NCBI GenBank assembly: GCA_037447605.1
Contig: CM074816.1
Coordinates: 124,001 to 188,000, forward strand
Source: Zygnema circumcarinatum SAG 698-1b
Taxonomy: Eukaryota; Plantae; Zygnematophyceae
DNA length: 64,000 bases
Direction of reading: 5' to 3'
The notes below the pieces were generated by a model. That model had not been told where the DNA came from, did not search any database, and saw nothing but the letters and a program-made list of their open reading frames with translations. Each line of letters opens with the position of its first letter. Position 1 is the stretch's first letter. The translations under genes and the position numbers were made by a program. This document shows positions 13,293 through 24,969 of the stretch, piece by piece.

Positions 13293-13982
13293 GGCCTTGC
13301 ATTCGCTTGCAAGGAGGCCATGACTCTTTCAAATGGACCTGCAGACCCACCGCTGAATTCAAATGAGACGTTCCTTGCCTGAAGCAGAGGGTAAAGTATG
13401 AAACAAGGTGCGTCAATTACTTTTCAATGCAGTTGCCGCCTTTACCTGAATTCGTCAACGAATTTTCTTGCACAACTTGAAGGAAAATCCATAGAAAGAA
13501 AGAATGTCGGCAGCAGTCTCATCATAGTGACCTCCAGAAGAGTTTCAATCAAGAAAGTGTCCTGTACTGCTGCGAGCATATCAAGAATTTTCAGAAAACG
13601 AGGCTCAGTTGAGCCTTACCATAGTGAAGCTGCAGGAATGCAGAATGCAGGATTTGACATGCAGGGCAGGGCGGCTGCAGGCAAGCCCGGAGGGCACTAG
13701 AATTCGCAGGGTCTCGCCGGGCCGGGCGGGCAATTCCGAAAGCCGGCAACATCGAAAAATCAGGAAACTGAAAACCAAATCCGAATCCCACTGATTTGGT
13801 TGGGCCCCGAACCGTAAGAGTACGGGCACGGATTTCCACAGAAAAAAATCAAAATATTTTGGATTTCGATATACCGAAAAAACCGCTGGAAAACATTTTC
13901 TAATTCATTTTCGGTCAGCAAATGAACCACTGAAGTGTAGATTTCACGCGTGTAGAATGCCAAGAGGTAAACATTTATATTA

Positions 13983-14253
13983 GGGGGTGTCAGACATAAC
14001 GAAATCTTACGAACAAAAAAGTTCTGTAAGTACTCCGCCGCACCAGGATTGCGATGTCACCAAAGTACTCGTTCTGGTCTCAAACTTACGAACAATTCTT
14101 AAGTCTGACTTAAAAAATTTCAGTACGCGTGTTCGTAAGTTTGACATCAGAACGAGTACTCCAGTATAATAGCGATCCTCCTGCGGCGGAGTACTTTCGT
14201 AACCTTTTTTTTCGTAACGCTTTTCGTAAGATTTTGTTAAGTCTGACACCCCC
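13983..14253. mobile_element. 271-bp non-autonomous foldback element (MITE) with TA flanks
   Basis: TIR GGGGGTGTCAGAC...GTCTGACACCCCC flanked by TA on both sides; further internal inverted blocks (aagtactccgccgca / tgcggcggagtactt; agtactcgttctg..caaacttacgaaca / tgttcgtaagtttg..cagaacgagtact). Confidence 0.85.
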
Positions 14254-14675
14254 TATTTTCTAAGAAAAAAATTCCGAGAGTCCGTATGTCTGCGAAAAAA
14301 AAGGAATAGCAAGTACGGAAATTGGAGACAAATCCTGGAAGATCCTCTGCCAGGCCAGCGCCAGGACCGGCGGTCAAGATCGTACGGACAAAAACGTACA
14401 GTACGGAAACAAAAATGTACAAAAAGGTACGCCAACATAGTCGGCGCTCTCTGATTGGTGGGTCGAGTAGGCATGCTAAGACGAGGCTGCCACGTGGCCA
14501 ACGGCAGGAGGCTCGAGATGTCGGAAAACTTTTTAGCCTTGCCCTGGAGTGCTTTTTTTTGGACGGGCAGCTGCCCTTCTATCAGGGGTAGAGACAAGAA
14601 AAAAGTTTCTGTAAGAGGAGGACGCTCGTGATTGGCGAAATGTTTTTTTGGAAACGGCCGAAAAGTTTCGGTGGC

Positions 14676-14724
14676 GCCCAGAACATCTAAGGGCATCACA
14701 GACCTGTTATTGCCTCAAACTTCC
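14676..14724 (-). rRNA. Isolated 49-nt fragment of 18S rRNA (not a functional gene)
   Basis: Reverse complement GGAAGTTTGAGGCAATAACAGGTCTGTGATGCCCTTAGATGTTCTGGGC matches the conserved eukaryotic SSU segment as I recall it; flanks are non-rDNA. Confidence 0.9.
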
Positions 14725-15665
14725 ACATGTACTGTTGAGGAGGTAACATCATCATGACGTCACTTCCACGCTCCCACTTAAGCCACCACGTCAGGAGATC
14801 GGATCGTTTCGTAGCGAGCGGATGTGGACACGTCAGCAACCCGCTCCTGGACCATTCAGAGACGGGCACGTGGTGCACAAGATCCTGGCTGCAAAGCGAG
14901 CCAACGGCCGCGTGACGTCAGAGGTGAACAGGAATTTATTGGATTTTCGACATAGATCCTCAGTTTAGGGCCGCGCATTCTCTGGCTCAACTGAGCGTTT
15001 AACGGAGTCATGCGAACGGAACTAGGGCTGGCATGGATCGCACTATGGCGGTGCCGTCAAAGGTGCATGGAAAAACCATGGGGAACCACGAGGAACCGCT
15101 CACAAAAGTAACTAGGAACTAGAGAAAATGGCCTCGCCATCGTGAGTTCAATGCCATTTTCACTTCTCAGATAAAAGCTTTGGCGGAACTGAGCCAAAGA
15201 GGCTCGATAACAATGCATGCATGCGGATGTAGTATCGCCGATCGCTTTAATCTGTCGAAAATGACAGAGCGCGCCAAACAATGTCCGCATAAAACCCCAA
15301 ACCACTACCCCAACTATTAGCAATAAATGGTTGTAACCATTGGATGCCAATGGTTCGAACCGTTGATTTGCGACCCGAGCAACCAATGGTTCCAGCCATT
15401 GCCGTCGGACCAACACAACCATTGCCAATGGTTCCAACCATTGGCGTCGGACCGAGGTTAAGCGAGGTTCAATGTACGACATGCATAGAGCCGCCGGTAA
15501 ATTTTTCCAGCAGCCGTCGATTCGTTCCAGTGGCTCCATCCTGACCGTCCGCGCCCGCCCATACATTGAGGGGAACTTGCAGAAGCCTCATCTTACAGCG
15601 ACATCACTCGCCTTTCCCGGCTCCTTTCTTTTTCCCATAGTTTCTCAAAAAACACTTGCGCCAAA

Positions 15666-18251
15666 ATGAATTTCATTCAAGAAACTGAGAGCGGCAGAAG
15701 CCAGGTTGTAGAATCCAGGAGACGAGACGCACCTGAATGCTCAAGGACGCGAGAAGTTGCGAAACTCCAGCAATTGGGGCTCTCCCCAAAACACATCCAC
15801 CCTGCTCTTGAAGCGACTGATGGTAGGGTCATCGAACTTCATTCCTCCTCTCTTTTCTTTCCATTCCTCGCTTCTAGGTCATATTTTACTTCTAGAATGC
15901 CCTTTTTTGTGCCTCTCAGAAGCTGACCTTTCCTGTCCTAGTTGTAGAATCTGCTGGAAGAAAACCTTTTGTGAAGTCATCAGATAATCACAAGTTTGTA
16001 CGGATTATAAATTCTCTCACCCCATTTTTTTCGTATCACTTATGCATGTACTCTTAATCACTCTCTCTCCCTTCTGCCTTCCCCTCTCATATTTTAGTGC
16101 TTTACTCGTGTTGTAACTCGGTGTAGGAGATCTGAACAAGGCCGCTGACTGGGCTTTCAGCCTCTGCGAACTTGAGCGAAACGGATTTTCCCTCGACTCT
16201 AGCCTGATGGCCTTAAAAGAAACTAATGGTATGTTCTTCCATTTAGAGAGAGAGAGCAGGAACGAGGATGGGGAGAGAGAGAGGAGAGGGGGGGAGAGGA
16301 AGGGGGGAAAGAGGGGAAGGGAGTGGGGGAGGGAGAGGGAAGGAAGTCGGAAAGGGAGGAGGGGAGGGGGTTGTGGGAAGGAAAGGGAAAAGGTGGAGGG
16401 AAAGGGAGGGAAAGGGAAATAATGGGGGAGGGAACGTGAAGGAAAGAGGAAGCAAGGGAGTGTGGAGAAGAGGGAGATTGTGACGGGGGGAGAGACGAGG
16501 GAGAGGGAAGTAGAGGGAGAGGGGCAGAGAAGGGAGTGGCGAGGGGGAGAAAAGAAAAGAAAAGAGGGAGAGAGAGAGGGGGGGAGAAAGTGACGGAGAG
16601 AGTGAAAGAGGGAGAGGGGGGGGGCGAGAGAAGAGAGCCTTTTTCTTTGGTCAAAATAGTCAAATGATTTAACGACAGACACTTTTCATCAAAGGTGCAA
16701 TTGCAATTTCGTGTTTATCAAACGCGTGTTCGTTCCGTTGTCTTCCTCTCTTGATTACATTTGATTCTATAGACAGTTGTCGTTTTATTTGTGATCAGGA
16801 ATCTTGCCTCGAGCCCAAGAATGGTGCCTGGACCAATTTGTTAAGGCACCGATCGAGCAACCATCTTCTTCGGAGGTAAATTTCGTCCTCTTAGAAAAAT
16901 ATTTGTAAGAGAAGCATTCCTTCTATTTATGTGATTGATGAAATTCTGCATTTTTTCTTTGGCCCTTTTTCAGCGCTTAGAAAAAGACATTGTTGTTTGT
17001 TTTGTTGAGTTTTTCTTTTCAACTTGTGTGTTTACTAGCCTGTAATACCCATAACAACATAATTCGTAATGGGGAGTTCAGATGGAAGTGGATGAGGAGC
17101 AAAAGGACGAGGACTGGGAGGAGGAAGAGGAGGAGGAGCAAGAGGACGACGAGAAGGAGGAGGAGGAGAAGGAGGAGGAGGAGGAGGAGGAGGAGGAGGA
17201 ACATGTTACACGGATCACGAAGAAAACAAAAGCCTCTGCTAGCAGACGCTTGCCTTCCTTGAATTACAACCCAACTTTTTACTTCTATTATGAAAACGTT
17301 GGGACTTGTTCGTGGGGGGAGTGCTCTCAATTCTTGTGGGGGGCTGATGTCGAGTTCGTTGATGCCCAAGATTTTTCGGCATGCCGGAGGCTCCGGGGGT
17401 ATTTGCATAACCTTCCACGAGAAGGTCGGGTGAAGCCAAGAAATTCGCCCAAAACTATTCAGGAAGCATTGCCAATTACTAAAAAGTATTGGCCTTCGTG
17501 GGATTCTCGTACAAAATTGAATTGTATCAACACGAAACGAGGGCCAGCAGCTGATGTGAATCGTATCAGGGAGTTGTTGAAGGAGGAAGAAGGTAGGCCT
17601 TCAGAATCGACTCAAGAAAAAATAATGAAACTTTGTAAAAAGTGGAATTTCGTTTGGACAGGAGTGAACCAAGTGACAAACTTGGAACCTCCTGAAATCG
17701 AAAAGTTACTTGGATTCCCAGAAGGCCACACTCGGCCAATAGCTGGGATTAGTGAGAGGTTGAAGGCATTAGGGAATAGTTTTCATGTTCCCACGGTTGA
17801 GTCTCATCTCTCAGTGCTTAAGCGAGAATTCCCAAATGGAATCAATGTGCTTTCGCTTTTTGATGGGATTGGAGGAGCGGCGGTGGCTTTATTTCAATCT
17901 GGGATCAAAATTAATGTGTACATCTCTGTTGAGATCAAGGAAAGTTCTCAAGAAGTGGTGAAGCGCTTTTTTCAAGAAAGAATGCCAAATGGGGGACGTT
18001 TAATCTTAGAAAAATGTGTGGAAGGATTAAATACGACGAAGCTTCAAAATTATGTTTTGAAGTACGGAAAATTTGATTTACTTATAGGTGGGAGCCCTTG
18101 TGACAATTTTACAGGAAACAATCGCGTTCCTAAGGATAAGGTTACAGGGAGGTGTGGGATTTTAGGGAGGACTGGGCGTTTGTTTTTTCACTTTTATAGG
18201 ATTGCGGAAAGATTGGAAAATGTTCAAATAAGACTCAGGCAGTTAGGGTAG
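15666..18251 (+). CDS. DRM2: DOMAINS REARRANGED METHYLTRANSFERASE-type de novo DNA cytosine-5 methyltransferase with two N-terminal UBA-like domains; exons 15666-15822, 16127-16228, 16799-16875, 17082-18251
   Basis: Rearranged motif order: YYENV, RRLRGYLHNLP, WPSWDSRTKLNC, LGFPEGHT, LGNSF, then LSLFDGIGG and FDLLIGGSPC; spliced UBA-like segments LQQLGL..ALEATDG|DLNKAADWAF and LERNGF..ALKETNG|ILPRAQEW; acidic linker. Start codon is tentative. Confidence 0.9.
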
Positions 18252-18593
18252 TTCAATGTCGTGAACCCAGTTTTGTTGTTAAAGACATTCAAAAAAATAC
18301 TTGACATGTTAGTGTTTTGTAGAACTTCACTTGATCGCATAAAATACGGCATGTTGTTTGTCATCAATTTTCAGTGGTAAGCAAAGCATTGCATTGCATT
18401 GAATTGGATGCTTGCAATTGTATGGATGTGATGAATGTATACTGCATGAAATTGACCAAACTCTTAAATTTAAATTCAACAGAGCCTACGTATGGCTTCT
18501 TTAGGAAGGGGGAGAAGAGGGAGGGCGAGGCAGGCGGGGGAAGCGGTGGAAGGGAGAGGGAGATGGAAGGTCAAACAATTTCCAGAATTTTAA

Positions 18594-20379
18594 GACAAGT
18601 TTCTTGATTGGAGGCTCATTGAAGTGGAGGCCCCGGACAATTCTATAGAGAACAGAAAAGTGATAGAAGTCCTTGTGAAGTGGAAGTCTAGATCATATTT
18701 ACCTGCAAGCTGGTGTGTGTAACGCCTCAGCCCAGTTTGGTAGGCTATTCAGGATTCAATTTCTGTTGTGTCAATTTACTTTTTTCGGGTAAATTGTATA
18801 GATGTCCACCCTATTGCCTTTCATCCACTTACTTTCGATTTTTTAAATTCAAGTCTGTATCGTTCGAAGGTCAGTTGACGAGCACGAGTTTATACTGTCT
18901 ATTTCAGCACAGTAAGGGTTATTAAGCTGACTCCGTGTCTCATGCAATTTGTCGCCCTGCATGTCACATTTATTGCGGTTGAACAAAACGAAAATTGGTA
19001 ACCGAGCCTAGGGTAAGAACGGAGGACATTGAGGAGGCGTCTAAGGACTTTCATGGCTGCGAACTCTGATGGAACCACTACCGTCGAAATCAGGATTGTT
19101 TTAGGAGGAAGGTTGAAGATGAAGATGGTGCGGTAAAGGGTGTTCGTACAAAATGGGTCACTGTAGACCGTGTTATTGCCTCAAGACATGAACTCTCTGC
19201 CGTTCTTAACACTTGCTCTTGCCTTAAGCATTGCTAGGGCTGAATCGCTGTTCACATCACTACAATCAATAACAGGGGATAATGTCTGCTGTGCCTGTTT
19301 GGGTTACGGACATGCATTTGTATGCTCTCAGCTTGGCACACTGTACTGCGTAGGACTGGAATCCAGTGTTGTGCCTGGGATGGACTTATCCAATAACTCA
19401 TAATTGCTGTGGTGGCAAACGGTGTTTCAGAGGGAATATCTGGTGAAATGGAAGGAGCTTGGTTATGATGAAGCGACTTGGGAAAATGTTGAAGACCTTG
19501 CTGCATTCCAGGCAAAGATTGCACGGTGTGAGGCAATTGAGTCGCGAGTTGATGAAACGTATCTTGCAAAGGAAAACGACGTAGGCACAAAGCGGGACAA
19601 GGAAACGGGCAGGAGGAACAACACCAGTCTGGAGCGTCTATCAACCAAACGGCAAAGTCGCGATTTTGATAGTACGCCAAAGTTTTTGAAAGGTGGTAAG
19701 GGCTCATGGTATCCTTATCTTGACCGAGCATGTAGTAGTGATCGTGTAATCCTTTTAGTATAGTGACCGGGATGCTTTCACAAAAGAGTTTCACGAGCTT
19801 CAATGGAAGTACATGATGGTCATAAAATATATTAAATTTTACTTTGAAGAGCGTTTTCGTCCTGCCTTGCAGGAACTTTGCATGAAGCTGTGGTGTTCCC
19901 GGGCTTTGTCATTCTATGGTTATTTCAAGCCAACTCTCCCGATTTCCTGTCCCTCAAGAGCTGAGCTCACTGTGCAATATTGGAAGGAATGTGCAGCATG
20001 TATAGCTATACGTATGTTCACACGTACTGCGCATGGTAGCATGCATGAGGGAGTTAATGGCATGGGAATGATCCGTCTTTCCCAGCATGGGAGGAGCCGC
20101 ATCCGTCGTCGGGGACTTGTTTTCTGGGGTTGAACCATCGTCTGTGATATTCTAGCAGTCGGTGCGCAAGTATCCTAAGTTGCCTCTCTGAGAAGGTTGT
20201 GTAAGCTCTCAGCATTACTGGACAGATACGGAACCTTGGCGGTTGACCTTCTTTTGGGTTCCTTTTGCTTTATGTCCATGCAGGTAACCTGTATGACTAT
20301 CAGTTAGGGGGCCTCAATTGGCTTCGGTTTGCATGGCAGAAGCGGAAACATGTCATCCTGGCGGGTGAAATGGGACTCG
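18594..20379 (+). pseudogene. Truncated, disabled CHD3/PICKLE-like chromatin remodeller fragment (two chromodomains plus start of SNF2 ATPase)
   Basis: Exon remnants EVLVKWKSRSYL, KWVTVDRVIAS, EYLVKWKELGYDEATWE..TPKFLKG|[33 protein letters not shown]; in-frame TGA at 19067, no GT donor at 19186, ILADEMG changed to ILAGEMG, no downstream ATPase exons. Confidence 0.75.
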
Positions 20380-20509
20380 GTCAGTGCCACATTCCTAACA
20401 AACTATTAGTTTTGAGTTTGCGAATTTTCGTTTTAGTCGTATATGATTTTGAGATTCGAGATTATGAGTACGAGGACTTTTTTTAGGGTTTTTAGGGTTT
20501 GAGTGGTTT

Positions 20510-20690
20510 ATGTAAAAAATAATAAGATAATTAATAGAAATTAGAATAATATAATAATAATACTACTATTACTACTAGTACTAGACAGTCATAATAATAT
20601 AATAATAATAGTAGTGTATTATTATTATTACTATTGTTACTACTTATTATTATATTATAATTGAATTATTATTAATTATTACTAGCTCAT
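20510..20690. repeat. AT-rich (TAA/TAT/ACT)n low-complexity tract
   Basis: Read directly. Confidence 0.8.
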
Positions 20691-20889
20691 GGCTCAACTA
20701 GAAATTAGTAGAATATAAAAGAATAACCCAATCAACCACCAGTTAACCCAGTGGATATAAACATGGCTCCTTGAGAAACTTAAGCAGCCCCTATAATCAT
20801 GAATCCCCAAAACACACCTTTCAACCCCTTTTCTCCTTAACCACTTCACCCCTATATACACCGTTCCCCCCTTCCCTATTCCCAACTAC

Positions 20890-23800
20890 TTACTCTGCGA
20901 ACAAGTACCGGAAGCTCCAATCGTAAGATACAACTTTTGTCATTCTTCGAGGCTTTTTCTCTTCCTTTGTCATCCTCTCAGATAGTAAAATTTTCTGCAT
21001 TGAACCAACCAATAAAGTAAAAAAGGGGTAGGTTGAGTTAGGCACAAATGCATACAATTTGGGCTAAACTTCCTGTTTCCTGAATTTTAGAATGGATGGA
21101 ATTTTCAAAATTTTCCAGGAGTCAAGAAGCCCACCATTTTATCGGAGAGGTGGTCCACAATCCAGAGCAGCAGTCCCCTGGTATCGGTTGCAAAGTCCTT
21201 TCCATACCACTGGAGGATCTTGGGAATGAGAATCTTTTGCTTTCGGGATACTCCAATGGCAGCCTGTATGTACTCCTGGGCTGCCAATTCAAGTTCCGCT
21301 TTTATGTTCTCGGCTGAATATACCCGGACCTGCAAGAGGGGGAGGGGGAGGATGAGGATGAGGGGTAGGGGGGGAGGGGGTGGGAGGGAGCGGAAGAGGG
21401 TCATAATGGAGAGGGCGGGTAATTGAGTCCACAAATCGAGGAGTGGACGTTGTTTAAGTGGTCCGAGGCTCCAATCTCACAGAGTTTCCTTCAGAACAGT
21501 GGATCCTACGGGTTTTGAAGGATTTCAGGAGGAGATTTTAGGCCTTCTAGGCGTATAGTCCTTCTGTAAACAGGTATTCTATTGAATGCATGATAGAATC
21601 AGCGATTCATTGTGACATATACTTATATTTAGGGTATAACATTGGATTAATTGATCGCGATGTAGGCTATGTCGGGAGGGCCTTAAGGCACATACAGGCT
21701 ATAATGGTCTTTACTTTAAGCAACCCTCACCCATATCTCCTCTCCCTGTTCTTCCCGCATGCATGAATCCAAGGTTCAAAAGACCCCATAACAATCACGC
21801 TCACTATGCGCAGAGATACGGCGGATGGAACTTACTGCTGGTGCAGAGCGTGCTCCACAACTGAGAGCGAAACTGACTAACGGCTCCGCCTGCGTTAGGG
21901 CGCATACTGTGCGCACATCTGACGGCTTGAACCGTTGAATTGGAAGGAGTCCAGCCTGTATAGATCATGCAAGGAATGTGAAAAGGCGTCGTAACAAACA
22001 GAAATTGCAAACTTGTGAGAGAATTTGCTGATGCCATGGTACATCACTATCAGGGTTGGAACACGTGCAGAAGCATCCATATGATTGGGAGAAGAGAAAA
22101 ACATAAAACAATGGGAAATGGATCATGAAATGCGGTATTATATCTCTAGAGAGTGGAGGGGAGGACCCACGAGAGCTGGGTGGTGGGAGTATGCTCTGAG
22201 AACATTATGTTCAATAGCCAAAATTCGAAAAACCAGACCTCCGACAGCATATGCAGCCTGAACATTAGAAGAGTAAAACAGAACTGAATGTTAAAATCAC
22301 ATTGAGCATAGCGAATGAAGAATCAGAAGTTTTGGGATTCAGACAATTAAGAGTTCGTGGGTATGCCGTACGATGCCAGGTCTCCAGAGTGAGTGTATTT
22401 TTGACTGCTTCAAAAAGACTCTGTAATTTCCCTTTCCATTTTGGAGGCCTTCTAGTGACAATCGTACACAGTACTTTTACAGTTCACTTTTAGGTACCGT
22501 TACTGTTCAGTTTCAACTTAGGTTCAGTTCCAAGTTTACGTTCAAATTTACATAGCTCTTGTCCGTCTGTGAGACTTGGACTTACAGTGACTTGAACAAA
22601 AGAATCAGCTCAAAATTGAAGCGGTTGAACTTGAAAATAGCAGGGATAACGATAAGGGCAGAGAACAGAAAAATAACGATGGGAGAAGGGGGAAAGAAAG
22701 AGAGATGCAACAGGGTGGAAAAAAGTCGGAATAACGGAAAAGAAAGGAAGGAAAAACGAAAGAATGGAGCCCACCTTCTGCATAAGCATTACCCTTTTGT
22801 AGTGTGATTTTGGCACACCGTATTCAAGATATGCCTGCATACGCACAACACGCATACATACAGAGATTCACTTTCATACACGGAAAAAATGGTAGAAAGA
22901 AATGTCAAATTTTCAGAAACCTGCCATAAACATGGTGGCATTTCAAAATGCTTAAAAAACTTGAAGCAAGCAAGCTTTGTAGTTTCCGGATTTCCAAGGT
23001 GCTCTGTCTTTTCTGGCTCGTTTACCGTATGTTCGTCCATTCTTTTTGTTTCTCATGTTTCATGATTTACAATTTGGATATTCTAGAGGTCGCTTTCAGT
23101 GTTAATTAGTAAGCTAGGGTTTTTTCTATGACGCACATGCATAACGCCGGCATTGTAAACGTTAATCCAAAATGCCAACCGCTCATTGTGAGAGAGCTTG
23201 GTCGGATCCACTTCCATAAGCTGCTCCGTCAGCTCCCTGTTGGACATCACCACGTGTATACCAGGAGTCACTTAAAGGTTTACCCCTCCACAAAAAGCAT
23301 AGCTTATCTGCACTTGTAAGGAAATGAACGAAGGGCACAAAAACAGGAAAATGGGAAAATGGATACTCACTTAAACTGTTTGAATGCAACATTTTCTGAA
23401 AGCACGTTTTCTTTGTCCCCCGGAACCTGCTTAACCTCCTGCATTTTTAAATAGTTTCCGACATCTGCCAATGCTCCGATCTCCCGAAGATTATAAGGGT
23501 CGCTCTCCTTCTCCTTCACTGGTTGAGCCGAAGAAGAACTTGTCCTATTTGAAGGATTTATCAAATCTTCCGCAGCATTTGGTGCATTTGGAATGACAGT
23601 TTCTGGCGTGCTTGAATTAGGGTTGGATGGTCGGTTGGATGACCGAAGCCTGCATTCACAAAGTTCAATTGGAGGCTTTCTTTTTTTTTTTTTTTTTTGT
23701 TTACTCAAGAAAAGGAAAAAAAAGTTCCATGGATGCTTTTGGTGCCTAAACTTCCGTAACCGTGGAAACCGTCAGTGTTTGAAATTTAGTATTCAGACCT

Positions 23801-24823
23801 ATTCATTTATTCAATCCTTACTTAACCGCCAGAATAACGCTTCCAAAAGCGCAATCATTTGCATTTATGTTTCATGAGCTTACAAATACGACATGTCATG
23901 AAATTCGAACTGGCGAGCTGTCACCCTTTTCTCTTCCATTGCATATGCGTAAGAAAGTAGCGAGAGGGAATAATAAATCCCATAATTGGAGTGCATTGCT
24001 GCTTTCAAGTTGCGGCATGTGAGTCTCAAGACGTTTCACAAATGTGCAGCAGCAACTTTAAATTAGGTGCGACCCACATCTGAGAGGGAGAGGGAGAGAG
24101 AGAGGGAGAGGGAGAATGATGAAGAGAGAGAGGAAGAGAGACAGAGAGAGTCACCTCGGCTATGTGCTGAATGAACTTACATATAAATATTTGAGATGCT
24201 CCGAACCATGTCCTGAGAGAGCTCCACCGGTCTCCCAGCAAAGCTCACTCCAACACAACTCTCCTCCTCTCCAATCTCACGCTCTCCCGCTCCTCTTTCG
24301 ACTGTCGACTTCCGCATGTTGAGCACAAGTTGGTTCACTTTCTGCCACTTGGCAGCCACTTCCATGTCCGTTCCAGAATTACCAGTGAAACGAGCCGACT
24401 GAGTCGACGAATATTGCGCACTGCTTTCCTCTGGGGTGAGTTCAAACTCCTTCGATGTTTTCTTATCTTTTTTCTTCTTCTTTTTGTCTCCTCGCCGGCT
24501 TCTGCGAGTAGGCTCAGAGGTTTCTGAATTAGCATTAGCATCATGCTGCTCGGATGATTCTTCCTCCTCTTGCTCATCCGTTGAAGACTTGTGACTTTGG
24601 TCAGCAAAAGCAGGTTCCGTTTCTGAAGGAGGTGTCTCGTCCCCTTCTACGGACTGATGAGAATGTTCCCGTAGCCGTTCCGTTACATGGAACTGCACAT
24701 CATGAGGAACGGAAGGGCTGTGTGAATGTATGAAGGAAACCGAAAAAATCTCCAAAAACCACTAAAATCTCTTCAGAATCCTCCTTTTTTCAAAGCTCAA
24801 AGACGTAACCTGCACTCAAACAT
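20890..24823 (-). CDS. DUF547-domain plant protein; exons 24823-24810 (tentative start), 24717-24181, 23649-23371, 23236-23137, 22834-22775, 22257-22171, 21955-21836, 21329-21135, 20994-20890
   Basis: ELSQDMVRSISNIY, LAFWINVYNAGVMH|AYLEYGVP, AAYAVGG, EPLVSFALSCGARSAPA|VRVYS, IPKILQWYGKDF, SYDWSFRYLF are DUF547-family motifs; phases consistent. Confidence 0.85.
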
Positions 24824-24969
24824 TTCTTAAACTCGCACAGCTATCCATCTTAAGATAGAGAATCCAATCTCCTACAAGCCTTCAGAACTTGTAAGCATTA
24901 AGACCTCTGAGAGTCTATCGTCTTGAATGTTCATTGCCTAGAATTGTTCATGACAATACTTAAAAAAAT

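Noticed and set aside
14676-14724. C/D snoRNA guide antisense to 18S
   Set aside because: 49-nt complementarity is far longer than a guide, and no correctly placed C or D boxes are visible
19067-19069. Programmed read-through or selenocysteine at the in-frame TGA
   Set aside because: Accompanied by a lost donor, motif substitutions and truncation; simple decay is more parsimonious
19280-19350. PHD-like DNVCCAC peptide within the PKL remnant
   Set aside because: Wrong position relative to the chromodomains, and ligand spacing is incomplete
14682-20700. Defined Helitron boundaries around the 18S-DRM-PKL block
   Set aside because: No convincing 5' TC and 3' hairpin-CTRR pair could be identified by eye; kept only as a hypothesis
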